A program made the translations under genes and the position numbers. 64,000 nucleotides of DNA from Convolutriloba macropyga (Eukaryota). The stretch is from assembly GCF_964194025.1 (NCBI RefSeq), contig NC_134473.1, positions 62,434,001 through 62,498,000 of the forward strand, written 5' to 3'. Below are positions 39,244-50,029 of the stretch, piece after piece. The first letter of the stretch is position 1. The number at the start of each line of letters is the position of its first letter. The notes below the pieces were generated by a model. The model was not told where the DNA came from and did not search any database. It saw nothing but the letters and a program-made list of their open reading frames with translations.

Positions 39244-39858
39244 GTACGTACAATTAATTAAAGAGTCATTCAGTAATAAATTTGCAAATGATTGAAAATT
39301 TAGTTGTGGGTAAAAAAACGCCTGAACGTTCATTTTAACACTGAGTCATTGTGTTTGCAAACTGCGGAAATGCAGAAAAAAAATATCTGTTAGCTCATGG
39401 TTAAAATTGAGTGCTATATATTAGTAGAATTCTGCGAATTTTTTTTTCATTGCCAAACATTTATAAACTTTTAAAAAAAAACTTTTTCTTTTTGTGAAAT
39501 TTTACCTAAGCTTTTTGAAAAATCCAAATACCCGCCGAAAATTTTTTAGGGTTTAGCCGATTTTTTATGACCGTTGTAAGATTACTAATTTCTCCGTTTT
39601 TAACCAATCATCATATTTTATGGCTAGTAAGTCTGCCTTTTATGTATGTATGTATGTATTCCATTTACAAAAGTAACTTGGGAACAAAAATTACGTTTGT
39701 CATTCATAATTAAATCAGTTCATAGAATCACTCAATATCAATTCAACTCCCATTACATCAAGCCAATGACGTAATTGTTGTAACAATAGTTTTACATCAA
39801 GATATGATGAAAGTTAATAATAACAAAATATTTGCGACGGATGCTTTCGGATGACTAG

Positions 39859-40028
39859 GGATAGCGACTACTTTGTCGCCGGAAGCGAGGGTGCAGAAAC
39901 TGGTGACACATTTGCTGGCGAATTACACGAAGGTGGTGAGACCGCGCTTGAACCAGTCGAGAACTGTTGATGTCTACTTTGACATCAGAATCAAGCAGCT
40001 AGTCAATGTTGACATACACTCATCTCAG
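39859..40028 (+). CDS. Cys-loop channel exon 2
   Basis: EARVQKLVTHLLANYTKVVRPRLNQSRTVDVYFDIRIKQLVNVD is the typical nAChR N-terminal helix and RP motif. Donor CAG|GTCAGT. Acceptor is weak (gactag|). Confidence 0.85.
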
Positions 40029-40407
40029 GTCAGTAAAATTTGGAGTGGACGATCAGAGAACGGCCAAATGTAAAATGTAGTGGCAGCTCTAATTCAGCTA
40101 AATTTTTTAACGCTAGCCTCAAGCATATATCTAGAATCTGCGAATACGATGTATGTGCAACCAATAGCAGCACTTCGAGGTCATCAACTTTATTCATACA
40201 AAACGACAAAATCGAAATCGATGATTACATTTGTAATTACTGTAAAAACAATTATCACCGAGCGTAAATTTATTTAACCAGTTGCAACTGGTTAACTCTT
40301 ATCAAATTTTTAATTTACGCTTCCAAAAAAGGAGCAAGTTTTGACTTGGATCATTTTTCGTGTAAAAAGGGAATGGAACTGTTTCCTGACCTGATTTATG
40401 GTACGTT

Positions 40408-42327
40408 CCTAGGTTGATGTCCAGACCCAAACTGAGCTATAACCATACCTACTCGGACGCACATCCGTGTGTTCACCTACCAAAATTACAAGGTCTGGAC
40501 AGCAGGTCGAGCGAATAATAGTCTGTACCATGGTCTGGGCTCGGTGTAATCAGCGTTCACTTCGGCCTAAAAGGTCTAATCATATTCTTTATAGTCTGGA
40601 CGATGGTCTGGGCGCAGTGTGATCGGAGCTCACTTCGGTCTGAAAGGTCTGATCATAGTCTTTATAATCTGGACCATGGTCTGGGCGCGGTATGATCAGA
40701 GTTCAATTTGGTCTGAAAGGTCTGATCATAGTCTTTATAGTCTGAACCATGGTCTGGGACCGGTCTAATCTGAGGTCAATTCGATCAGAAAAGTCTGATT
40801 AGAGGCCGTTTCGAGGCACTTGAGTCTGATCAGAGGCCGTTTCGAGGCAGTTGAGTCTTATCAGAGGCCGTTTCGAGCGCACTTGAGTCTGATCAGAGGC
40901 CGTTTTCAGCATATTTGAGTCTGATCACAGGCCGTTTCGAGCGCAGTAGTGACAAAATAGATGATGTAGTGTCAGAATAATCTCAGGTCAATTTCAAAAA
41001 CCGACTTTTAAGATTACTACAACCCAACTACAACTACAGCAAGATGCAACGAGAAGCAATTACAACTCCAGCTGCAAAGAGGCCCAAGCCAAGCGACGCC
41101 CTTTTCAAGAAGGCCCTCTCAACTATCCAAAGCGCGTGCCCGGAGTTTTGCCTTCCACTCATAGCGCCAAGTATGCTAAGGACTATAGCTTTGTGTAGCA
41201 GGGCTGGATAAGAACCTAGACGAGGTCAAAGCAGCAATCAACAAGACCTACCCAGTGAAAATGAGCCCTGTGTGCATCCAAAGCCGAGCCACCAAAGCAC
41301 CAACCCAGCTAGCGAGAGCCCTTACGAGGTGCGAAACCATAAAAACGCTCCTGATCATCCACGACCCGATGATCGGGCTCACCCAATAACAATGTGAAGA
41401 GTCAAGACAAGCCAGGCCCTCTTCTCCTCTTCTTTCCGGACGTGATCTGGTGATCCAGTGCTGTTAGTACCAAGGCTTTGGTCACAAGGCTAGCGCGATT
41501 ACGCAAGAAGAGATATGTTCCAGATATCAAGGTAATCAAAAGCTAGCTGACTGCACAGTCCTCAGAGATAAACCCAAGTGTGCCAATTGCCAAGGAGACC
41601 ACGCTGCCAGCTACAAGGGCTGCATCAGTTACAGGGACGAAATAGCTCTGAACCGAACCCTCACAATGAGAGGCCTCGAAGGAATCCTAACAGTAGCCAC
41701 CCGAATAGTAGCTGATGCCGTGGTCACAGCCAAGTTCACCCGTAACTCTAACTACGACCTTGACAAGTTCCACCAGCACTGCAAAGATAGACAAGAATAC
41801 CACTTCCAAGATCTCCTCAGCAGTTTCGTTAAGATGCAACCAAAACTCCTAAGAGTGCCTCCAGAGCCCAACAAGCAAGACAATCCAGACTGCGACATGC
41901 CACCCACTGAATAAGACTACAACTACTGCTTCCAACGACAGCATCTACTGAGACGGAACCCACAACTGCAACAGAGCGACCTATGAGAGCTGGGAACCCA
42001 TAGCTCAAGAAATTGCTGCTCAGACGAGCGAAAATCACACAAAAACATCAAAACTGACTTTTAAGATTTTTCCAGTTTTTTATGAGTGTGTTTCCCCTCC
42101 TCCTTTCTCAGCAGGGCTGAGGATTAATCCGGAAAGGTCTGATCATAGTCTTTTTTTAGTCTGAAGAATGGCCTCAATTTGAGTCTGATCATAGCGCACT
42201 ATAGTCTGGACAAAGGTCCGGATTCGGTCTTATCAGAAGTCATTTTGGTTTGGAAAGTCTGATCAGAGGTCATTTCGGTCTGAAAATTCTGATCAGAGGT
42301 CATATTGGGTCTGGACCTCAACCTGGG
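40408..42327. mobile_element. Non-autonomous DNA element with 23-bp TIRs and an internal TCTGATCAGA tandem array, interrupted by the gag relic
   Basis: cctaggttgatgtccagacccaa (40408-40430) is inverted against ttgggtctggacctcaacctggg (42305-42327). Internal ~75-bp and ~30-bp repeat units at 40500-40945 and 42135-42305. Confidence 0.75.
41040..42005 (+). mobile_element. gag/ORF1 relic of a non-LTR element with three zinc knuckles
   Basis: 41455-41625 gives degenerate QC..QGFGH, ICSR.QG and an intact KCANCQGDHAASYKGC (CCHC), typical of Jockey/I/R1-group ORF1. Confidence 0.75.
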
Positions 42328-42514
42328 TATGATCTTCCGTAATTATTTTTTCATCATTATGTGGCTTAGTTGTTATAGTGGCTTCATGTCTTATAATGTT
42401 ATGCAAACTATTATCAGTGCGATGACGAAAATCAATTTATTCATACCTTATAATGAAAACAAAAATGGTGTTCATGTCGAAAAATGAAATATTTCTTTGA
42501 TGTTTTTGTCGTAG

Positions 42515-42696
42515 GTGCAATTCATGATCTCTCTCCTGCAACAATGGGTAGACGAGGGACTGATGTGGAACTACGAGCACTATGGGGGGAGGGCTGTCAA
42601 ACTGAATCCTAACGATGTCTGGATTCCTGATGTCATGTTCATTAACTCAGTTGACAACTTCGAACACCTCAAGGAGGTCACAATTCTCCCTGTCAG
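42515..42696 (+). CDS. Cys-loop channel exon 3
   Basis: Acceptor gtcgtag|, VQFMISLLQQWVDEGLMWNYEHYGG...VWIPDVMFINS (WxPD loop A motif), donor AG|GTCAGT. 182 bp. Confidence 0.92.
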
Positions 42697-43063
42697 GTCA
42701 GTAAAATATAGCCCCCAGTTACCGCAAACATACCATAATGGGGTTTTTAATTAATTTGGGGGGGGGGGGGCTATATTGGGAAAGACCCCAAATTATTACG
42801 AAAAGGAAAGACCCCAGATCCAGATCTAATTATTGCACCCTCCTCCCAATCGTGTTAAACAATATAATGAGGGTCTTATAATTTCGTGTGGGGGCTATAG
42901 TTGGAAAGACACCAAAAAGATAGAAAATGGTTTTAGAAAATTATGAAATACATGAAAAAAGGATAAATAGAGGGAAAAGAAATACAAGTCTAATTTCGTT
43001 GCAATCCTTGCAGACTATTTAAATGTAAATGATTAAGACCTGCTCTTGATCTCCTTGAATTAG

Positions 43064-43226
43064 GGTCAACTGGATGGGGAAAGTGCTGTGGCAGATCCCC
43101 CTTCTGAAGACAACCAGGTGTGACATGGATGTGAAGTACTTCCCCTACGACATCCAGACTTGTGACTTGGACCTGAGCAGCTGGAGGATGCTCGGATCCC
43201 AGATCAACCTCGAATTCATGGAAGAT
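43064..43226 (+). CDS. Cys-loop channel exon 4 (Cys-loop)
   Basis: VNWMGKVLWQIP...CDMDVKYFPYDIQTC (C-x13-C with FPYD) then LSSWRM. Donor GAT|GTGAGT. Not in the ORF track. Confidence 0.95.
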
Positions 43227-43407
43227 GTGAGTTAAATCTATTATGACCCCGACCGAGGATTTTAAACAAAATTGCAATTTTAATTTTTTTCACATTTAGT
43301 TCACCACTTAAAAAGAGAAAAAAACACTGAATTGATCCTCGCATTGCTGTACATAGACTGTTGATTGCAATGATATGAATATGAAGAAACAATAAATTTG
43401 ACAGTGC

Positions 43408-43730
43408 ATAGAGAATAATAATAACTAGTACGCTCGTAAAATGCGAAAATGCGTTTATTCGAAAAAATTTAACCCAAAAAATCATGATCATCTTTAGAGT
43501 CTTTTTAATCCAGTTAATGATTTTTTAAATAGTAATAAATTAATAATTGGTTTTTGATCATGGTTAATGTTCGCTCGGATAGAGAATAATAATAACTTAG
43601 TATGCCTGTAGAATGCGTTTATTCGATTTAACCCAAAAAGTCATTGTCGTCTTTAGAGTTTTTTTTAAATCAAGTTAATGATTTTATAGTAGTAAATTAA
43701 TAATGGGTTAATTTTAGCTTGGTTGTTGTA
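43408..43730. repeat. ~170-bp tandem duplication in channel intron 4
   Basis: atagagaataataataact...ctttagagt...gttaatgatttt...aattaataat occurs twice (43408 and 43579). Confidence 0.8.
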
Positions 43731-44287
43731 ATTTTTGAAAAATCGTTATATGATATAGTGTTATGTTTGCTGAGATTTCGAAAATTGGAACTGAACAAAA
43801 AAAGTGAGTTTGTTTTAAGCATTCAAAATGTCTGCTTACTTTTGAAGAGAACTCAAAAACCTAGATTTCGAGAAAAATCTTCACCAGTTAACTAACTGCA
43901 AAAAAGGGTTTACTAGAGCATATTTTTTACAACCCTGGATCACTTAAAGATTGTTAATTGTTAAATTGTGATACATTGATAAGTCAATATTGAATTGACT
44001 TCATTTTGGTTAATATTGAACTATCAAATAAATTTCAACCTTCTTATTTTCGAGACATTTAAAAACAGTGAACAACTCTGCGGAATTTGGTTCAGCATTT
44101 ATAAAACTGACTAAGGCGATTCGTTCACATCTCTCCACAAATCATTTTCTTTGGTTTAATTTGTTAACATTTGTCAAAAGACCATTAATTTGTAACTGTT
44201 TCAGATTTTCAGAGTTTAAACCTGTCAAGTTTTGCCGAACAAGAAATTGAGATTGGCGTTAAGCTTGTTCACGGGGCTTAGGTTAAC

Positions 44288-44904
44288 AGGTGAAAGATCG
44301 ATTAGGCAACGCTAATTTTGGTAGCCATTAGGCAAAAATTATGAATTAAGTTTTTGTGGAAATTAGGCGGAAACATATTAAAACAATTAAAGACGGTACT
44401 TAAAATTTTGCTTGACCCGATAAAATACTCAAGTGCACTTAACATGATAATAGGCTACAAAAACATAGAAAAATGGTTTTGAAATTTGTAAATTTGCAGC
44501 ATATCAGTTAAATTTTTTCACAGCTACGCCAACCTTTTTCTCGAAGTTATCCGCGCCACATAGCGCTAAACTATTGAGAATAAATCATACATATTTTTAA
44601 AAAAAATGAATTCTTTAATCTTCTCGCTGTGATTTCTAACGATATCCTCTTTTCGGATATTACCGGTGAGGGGTTTAATAATGATGTAAAAGATTGCAAA
44701 TGGTACATTTTACATTAATTTTATCGACCCATTTTCATAATGAGACGATAGTTAGGGACACTTCAGCACTTAGCAGCGTCAATTGGATCGTGACGTACCT
44801 TCATTAAATACCTTAATTGGTTTTCTCCTAATTTCCAAAAACTTAGTTTAAAATTGTCGCCCAGTGGCCACAAAAAATGGCTTTGCCTAATCGAGCTTTC
44901 GCCT
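44288..44904. mobile_element. Decayed MITE with ~110-bp imperfect TIRs
   Basis: aggtgaaagatcgattaggcaa...ggaaattagg...ggtac is inverted against gtacc...cctaatttcc...ttgcctaatcgagctttcgcct. Confidence 0.7.
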
Positions 44905-47871
44905 AACACCCCATCCCCCGCATAGCTGCTATTTCACGAATGGCAGAAGGAAAAGCGATAACAACTTCAATCGGGGTTGCTTGAATACAAATTTTTCAAC
45001 GATGTTTGTACCATAATTGGTTGAATTACAGCGGGTAAGAATTAATTGATGCATTCATTTATAAATGGCGCTATAGACAAATAAAATGTGTCAACAACTG
45101 TAACTGATGAAATGACATATCTTCAACATGAGCTTTATCAAAAGATTGTGAACTGAAACCGATCATACGCTTTCGGTTGTGAGAACAAACTGTATCACAT
45201 ACGACTATTCTTTTATTTTTACATGCAAAATTAGGGTCATTTCTGTTCGCAATGTGGGTTTGGCTTTAGGATGAGATCCAATGTGCGTGAAGTCAACTGC
45301 TCTCCCGGCCCGGGCTGAAGCCACAGCGCTAAAAATAGTCAAAAAAAGGCAAAAACGGAAGGCTAATGCGTTTGAATTATGCAAGATAAGCGTTGTGAAA
45401 ACAGGAAGTTTTTCTTAGCTAAACTGTCCTTACCTAAAGTCACCGCTTAATTTTTTGTGTTAATATTACGCACTTGGGTGCTTATAACAAAACTACATAA
45501 GAAATGCGCGTTTCAAATTCTTTTACAACTTTTGGAGGCTGGTTATAGTTAGCTTGACATACATACTTTTGAAAAAATCTTCGGCACACGCGGAAGTGGG
45601 GTTTCTTGAGTTTGGAAGGAGAAGACCATCTAACCCAGCCCAAATTTGATTTCGATCAGGCGGTTCAGGCAAATAAAAAAAGCCGTATCCGGGCAAAACA
45701 GTCCCAGACAAAACAGTTCCAGACACAGGAGATACGAAAAACTGAAAAAGCAGTCGCAAACAAAAAAATGCCAAAAATTTAAAGATAGTGACCCAACGCA
45801 TTGATTAACAAAAATTAATCTCTCAATTAAGCTAAGCCAAATCCAATTATCAAAGTGATAAAAGTGGACTCAAAACCATTTGTTAAACACAATGGCAAGT
45901 TTCGTTTTAACTGACAAGCATATAAAAATGTGCCTCGCGACGTTTGACGTTAACATTGACGTAAATTGTTACCATGGAAATCAGTCAGAAAAACATAAAA
46001 TCTGAACAGCTCGTTTCTGAAAGCTATGGCTATGTTAGGCACCGCCGACTTACTGATGACTATATTGCTACTGTTTGCCAAATGGAAGTGAGGGGCGCTG
46101 TCTCGTAATGAGAATGTACTAACAATTGGCACTGGTAGACATTTGTAATACTTGTCAAGTTTGGCAAACAGTAGCACTGTGTTGTCTTTAATTGAACTAT
46201 ATGATAATAATAGAGACGACTGTTGGGAACTTGCAGTTTTTCGAAGTCACACTTTTGACAGATTCCCAGAGACACCCGGAAAAGTTCCTCTCGTTCTAAG
46301 AATTGTAACGTGTGCACGACTATTAGATTTTAATATTTCAATATAAATTATTACAGTTGGAATTATATCATTGCTAACCGATTATTAATCTTGAAATTAA
46401 AAATATTACAAGATAATCTTTTGCACTCTAGTTAAGATACAGAGTAATTCTTATACTGAAATTTAAGAGCTTCAACGCGCACTGCAAATTATTATGTGAT
46501 GTCTTGAGGTAAGCGACCTCAGTAAAGCACCGTTGTCTAGTTGTCGAAGAAGCAAAAAAGGCTCACGCTCAACTCAAGACTCTAATTCTGGACGCCTAAC
46601 TTGTAAAAATTTTACAAATCGACGCTTATTTTGCAAGATGCTTGCATATCCGACATCTGTCTTGCAAGATTTTTGCATGATCTTGCAAGATGGCGCGCAA
46701 TCTTACAAAAGTTTTTGCAAGATTCCTGCACTATCCTGCAAGATAGCCGTAGGTAATATACTAGAGTCTATTACAAGATAACTGTTTTATAAATTCTGGC
46801 GCATTTTTTGATAGATCAATGTTCGGGCAAAAAACAACTATCGCTTCATGGCTCATAATCATCCCTTGAGCAAAATCACAATTTCTAATTGTTTTACTGA
46901 TCTATTTGAATTTTTGTCGCTGTTGGTTCCGCACAATAACACACTCATCATGAAATTGGAGCACCTGTCGTCATTTTATACAGTTATACTTCTTTTCACC
47001 CTGATTCTCTTAACCCCCTCTCTTCCAGCATCTTATCTTTCCACCCCTATGTCATTTCGCCTTGCAAAAATTCCACCCTAAAATCTTTTCCCAAACCCTA
47101 CGAATCTATAATTTTGAGTATTAGTACCCATTCAAACACATTATATAAAGAGCTTAAAATCGGGTTAAATAATAGAATGTTGAATAATCGAGATTAAATG
47201 ACATGAGTGACAAAAGTGTCGGTGAAAAAAGGGGATATTATTTGATACAATGCACAGATCTGTCTCATAATTTCGTATCATATTTTCTGTTCATTGTCAT
47301 TTTCATTCTCAAATTTGTTGGTGGGAGAAGAGATGCCATTACAAAAAGAAAACATCCAATTACGCATCCCCCGTACCAAACTCTCAGTTTTGTAATCATG
47401 TACCCAATCAGAGATGTCTCAGAAGAAAATCACTACTGATTCAGACTCTGTTCATGTCACACTTGGCGTTAACAGACACTGAATTATTTTGTGAATCAGT
47501 GTTGAAAGTTGATTTTACTCTGAAATTGTTCTGAAACAGTACTGAAGACTGTGCTATCTAAAATTTGTCTCTGAATTGGACAGACTCAAACGAGGATTCC
47601 GATTTCAAAATGTTGCTTAATTGCCCTGGTCAAAAAGGGGAGTGATGCTGAAAGTTAGGTACGGGCCCCTCTTGCAAGATATTCTGTTATGTGGATTTAA
47701 GTTTTAAGATAGGGTAAATGCCCCCCCCCCCTTAACACACCCAGGTTTTGGGGGTATCAGTTCCATAATAGCACATGCGCATTGGGGTTGCAAATAATTA
47801 GCCCGATGATGGGGAAATCTTGATCCGAATTTCTTTACACTTTAGCTTTCTGTTTCATCTTATCTTTGTAG

Positions 47872-48039
47872 TACTCTGGAGAAGCTGCAGAGGAGATTTC
47901 CAAGTTCAGACACCCCGAGTGGAATCTGATCCATGTTGAGAGGAAGAGGAGTGTGGTGGGATATGGGGGGTATGAGGTACCCACTCTCAAATTCCAGTAC
48001 TCCTTCCACAGACAGTCCAAGTACTTCGAGTACACTATG
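47872..48039 (+). CDS. Cys-loop channel exon 5 (loops F and C, pre-M1)
   Basis: Acceptor tatctttgtag|, YSGEAAEEISKFRHPEWNLIHVERKRSVVGYGGYEVPTLKFQYSFHRQSKYFEYTM, donor |GTCAGT. 168 bp, phase 0 to 0. Confidence 0.9.
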
Positions 48040-48389
48040 GTCAGTATAGACTACTGTCCCAAAAAGTTCCAAGGGTGTTTTTGTTGGGCCGATTATCATC
48101 AAACCTAATACCAAGACAATTTCAGCATTGGGATAATCTTTTTACACATCTCATTTCATAACCGATTCAGAACTACGGTCATATCATTATGTATACTTGA
48201 CAGTCTTCGCATACACACACATATGTTAAGCTAAGTTGAGAAGAACAAGACCTACATTAAACGTTAGGGTAACTTAAGATGAGCTTTTTAAACTAATTTT
48301 ACCATAACGTGTTTTAAGTGTTCTTTTACCATAAAGTGATAAAAGAGACTGATAACCAAATGATTCATGTCTGAATAAATCTTGTTTAG

Positions 48390-48665
48390 GTCTATCCAAC
48401 AGTCTTGATCTGTCTTATGGCTTTCATATCCTTCAACCTTCCCAATGGCTGTGGAGAGAAGATATCTTTCTCAATCACAATCCTACTCGCTCTAGTCCTC
48501 AACCTCTGCCTCATAGACGCCTACATTCCCCGCTCCAGTGCCAACTTCCCCCTGATGGGCGAGTTCTTCTTCGGGGGTATCTGCATCGTAGGTGCATCTG
48601 TTGTGCAGAGTGTCATGATTCTTCTCATGCACTACTCGTCCGAAAAGCCAAAAGCACCCTCTAAG
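48390..48665 (+). CDS. Cys-loop channel exon 6 (M1-M3)
   Basis: VYPTVLICLMAFISFNLPNGCGEKISFSITILLALVLNLCLIDAYIPRSSANFPLMGEFF..., donor AAG|GTACGC. GEK precedes M2. Confidence 0.95.
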
Positions 48666-49190
48666 GTACGCAGGCAATACTCACAAAAGCAAAAACCCAG
48701 AGTGCTTTTTGGAAAATTAAATTACAAATACGGCAATTTTTCGGCTTTAAAAATTCAGCTGAAAAATCTTACTTAACCATAGCTTCAGGTTGACCATAGC
48801 CTGATCAATGTTGGCTGCAATAAAGGTGCCATGTTAAAGTTTCAGACAGAAAAAAATGGCAGAATTCACCAAATAAGATCAAAGATGCTCATGAAAACAT
48901 AAAGTCAGAAATGTGGGGAATAATAAGAAAAGGGGCAGCTGAGAACAGGCCGCTCGCTGTGGCCTAATGCTGTTCCGCTGTGATAAATCAGAAACCACAA
49001 TTAATTTATTATTATTATTATTGTGCTCTGAAAAGCTTTGAAAAGCGCTAAAATTATGTAAGAAGTGCGCAAAAAAATCTGCGCATACTGAATTGAGCCT
49101 GGTGGCCAATTTAGGCACACTAATGAATAACTTGTGGCACACTAATGAATAATTTGGGGTACACTAATGAATAAATTGGGAATTTTTCAG

Positions 49191-49452
49191 CTACTTCGGA
49201 TGATAGTACTTGGGTTCCTATCCAAAGTGACCTTCACATCTCTCAAGGGACTGGAAAGTTTGGAGTCTAAACAGAGCCAGAAGGACACCGAGAACAGCCA
49301 GTCAACATCAGAACACGGACAACAGAACACTTCTGATACAGACAGCAAAAAAGAGAAGCCAAAAGATGGGAACTCAATACCTCTGGAATCAAAAACAGAG
49401 ACAAACACAGAGCAGAAAAAGGAGAAGAACGCTATACATGAGACCAGTTTCA
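49191..49452 (+). CDS. Cys-loop channel exon 7 (MX helix and intracellular loop)
   Basis: Acceptor tttttcag|, LLRMIVLGFLSKVTF (MX-like) followed by a polar low-complexity loop. Donor A|GTAATA chosen for phase-1 compatibility with the next exon. Confidence 0.75.
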
Positions 49453-50029
49453 GTAATACTTCCAGTTTGAGCTATAAAATATATTAAAGAGCTTTTTTAA
49501 AAAGTGAAACACTTAACGGCCCGGGATTTATCTAGTAAAGTTGGATGAGATATGCTGGTTCGAAATCAACGTATGAATATATCCATTTTGCCTATTTTTG
49601 ACATGTTGGGCAATACTGAGTTCTATTCTAAATTTCGGTCAAACATCCCAGCCAAAAACCAACGGTTACCTGCAATATGGTCCAAGATAACTGCTTTTTG
49701 GCAAGATTGTAGCAAGACAAAAGTGTTTCTTGCAAGAATCTTACAAGATTGCCGTCTTGTTGTAAGATAACTGTTTAAACTATGCATGTTTCTTGCAAAG
49801 TAACCATAGACAAACTACAAACGAGATTAGTTAATTCCTAAACAGGCTTGAACACGAACATTAGTTAATTCCTATAGTTTGTGGGGGAATGTAATGGACA
49901 TGACTGTTCAAACCTGTTCTGAAATGACAGTTCAAACCTGTTAAATTTTTAAAGGTTTGCATGAAAAGAATGTTTTTTCTTTGCTGTTACAGTCTTAACG
50001 CACAATATTCCTATTTGAGTGTTAGCTTT

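Noticed and set aside
40500-40945. CRISPR-like array
   Set aside because: Eukaryotic context, no unique spacers and no cas genes. It is a tandem minisatellite.
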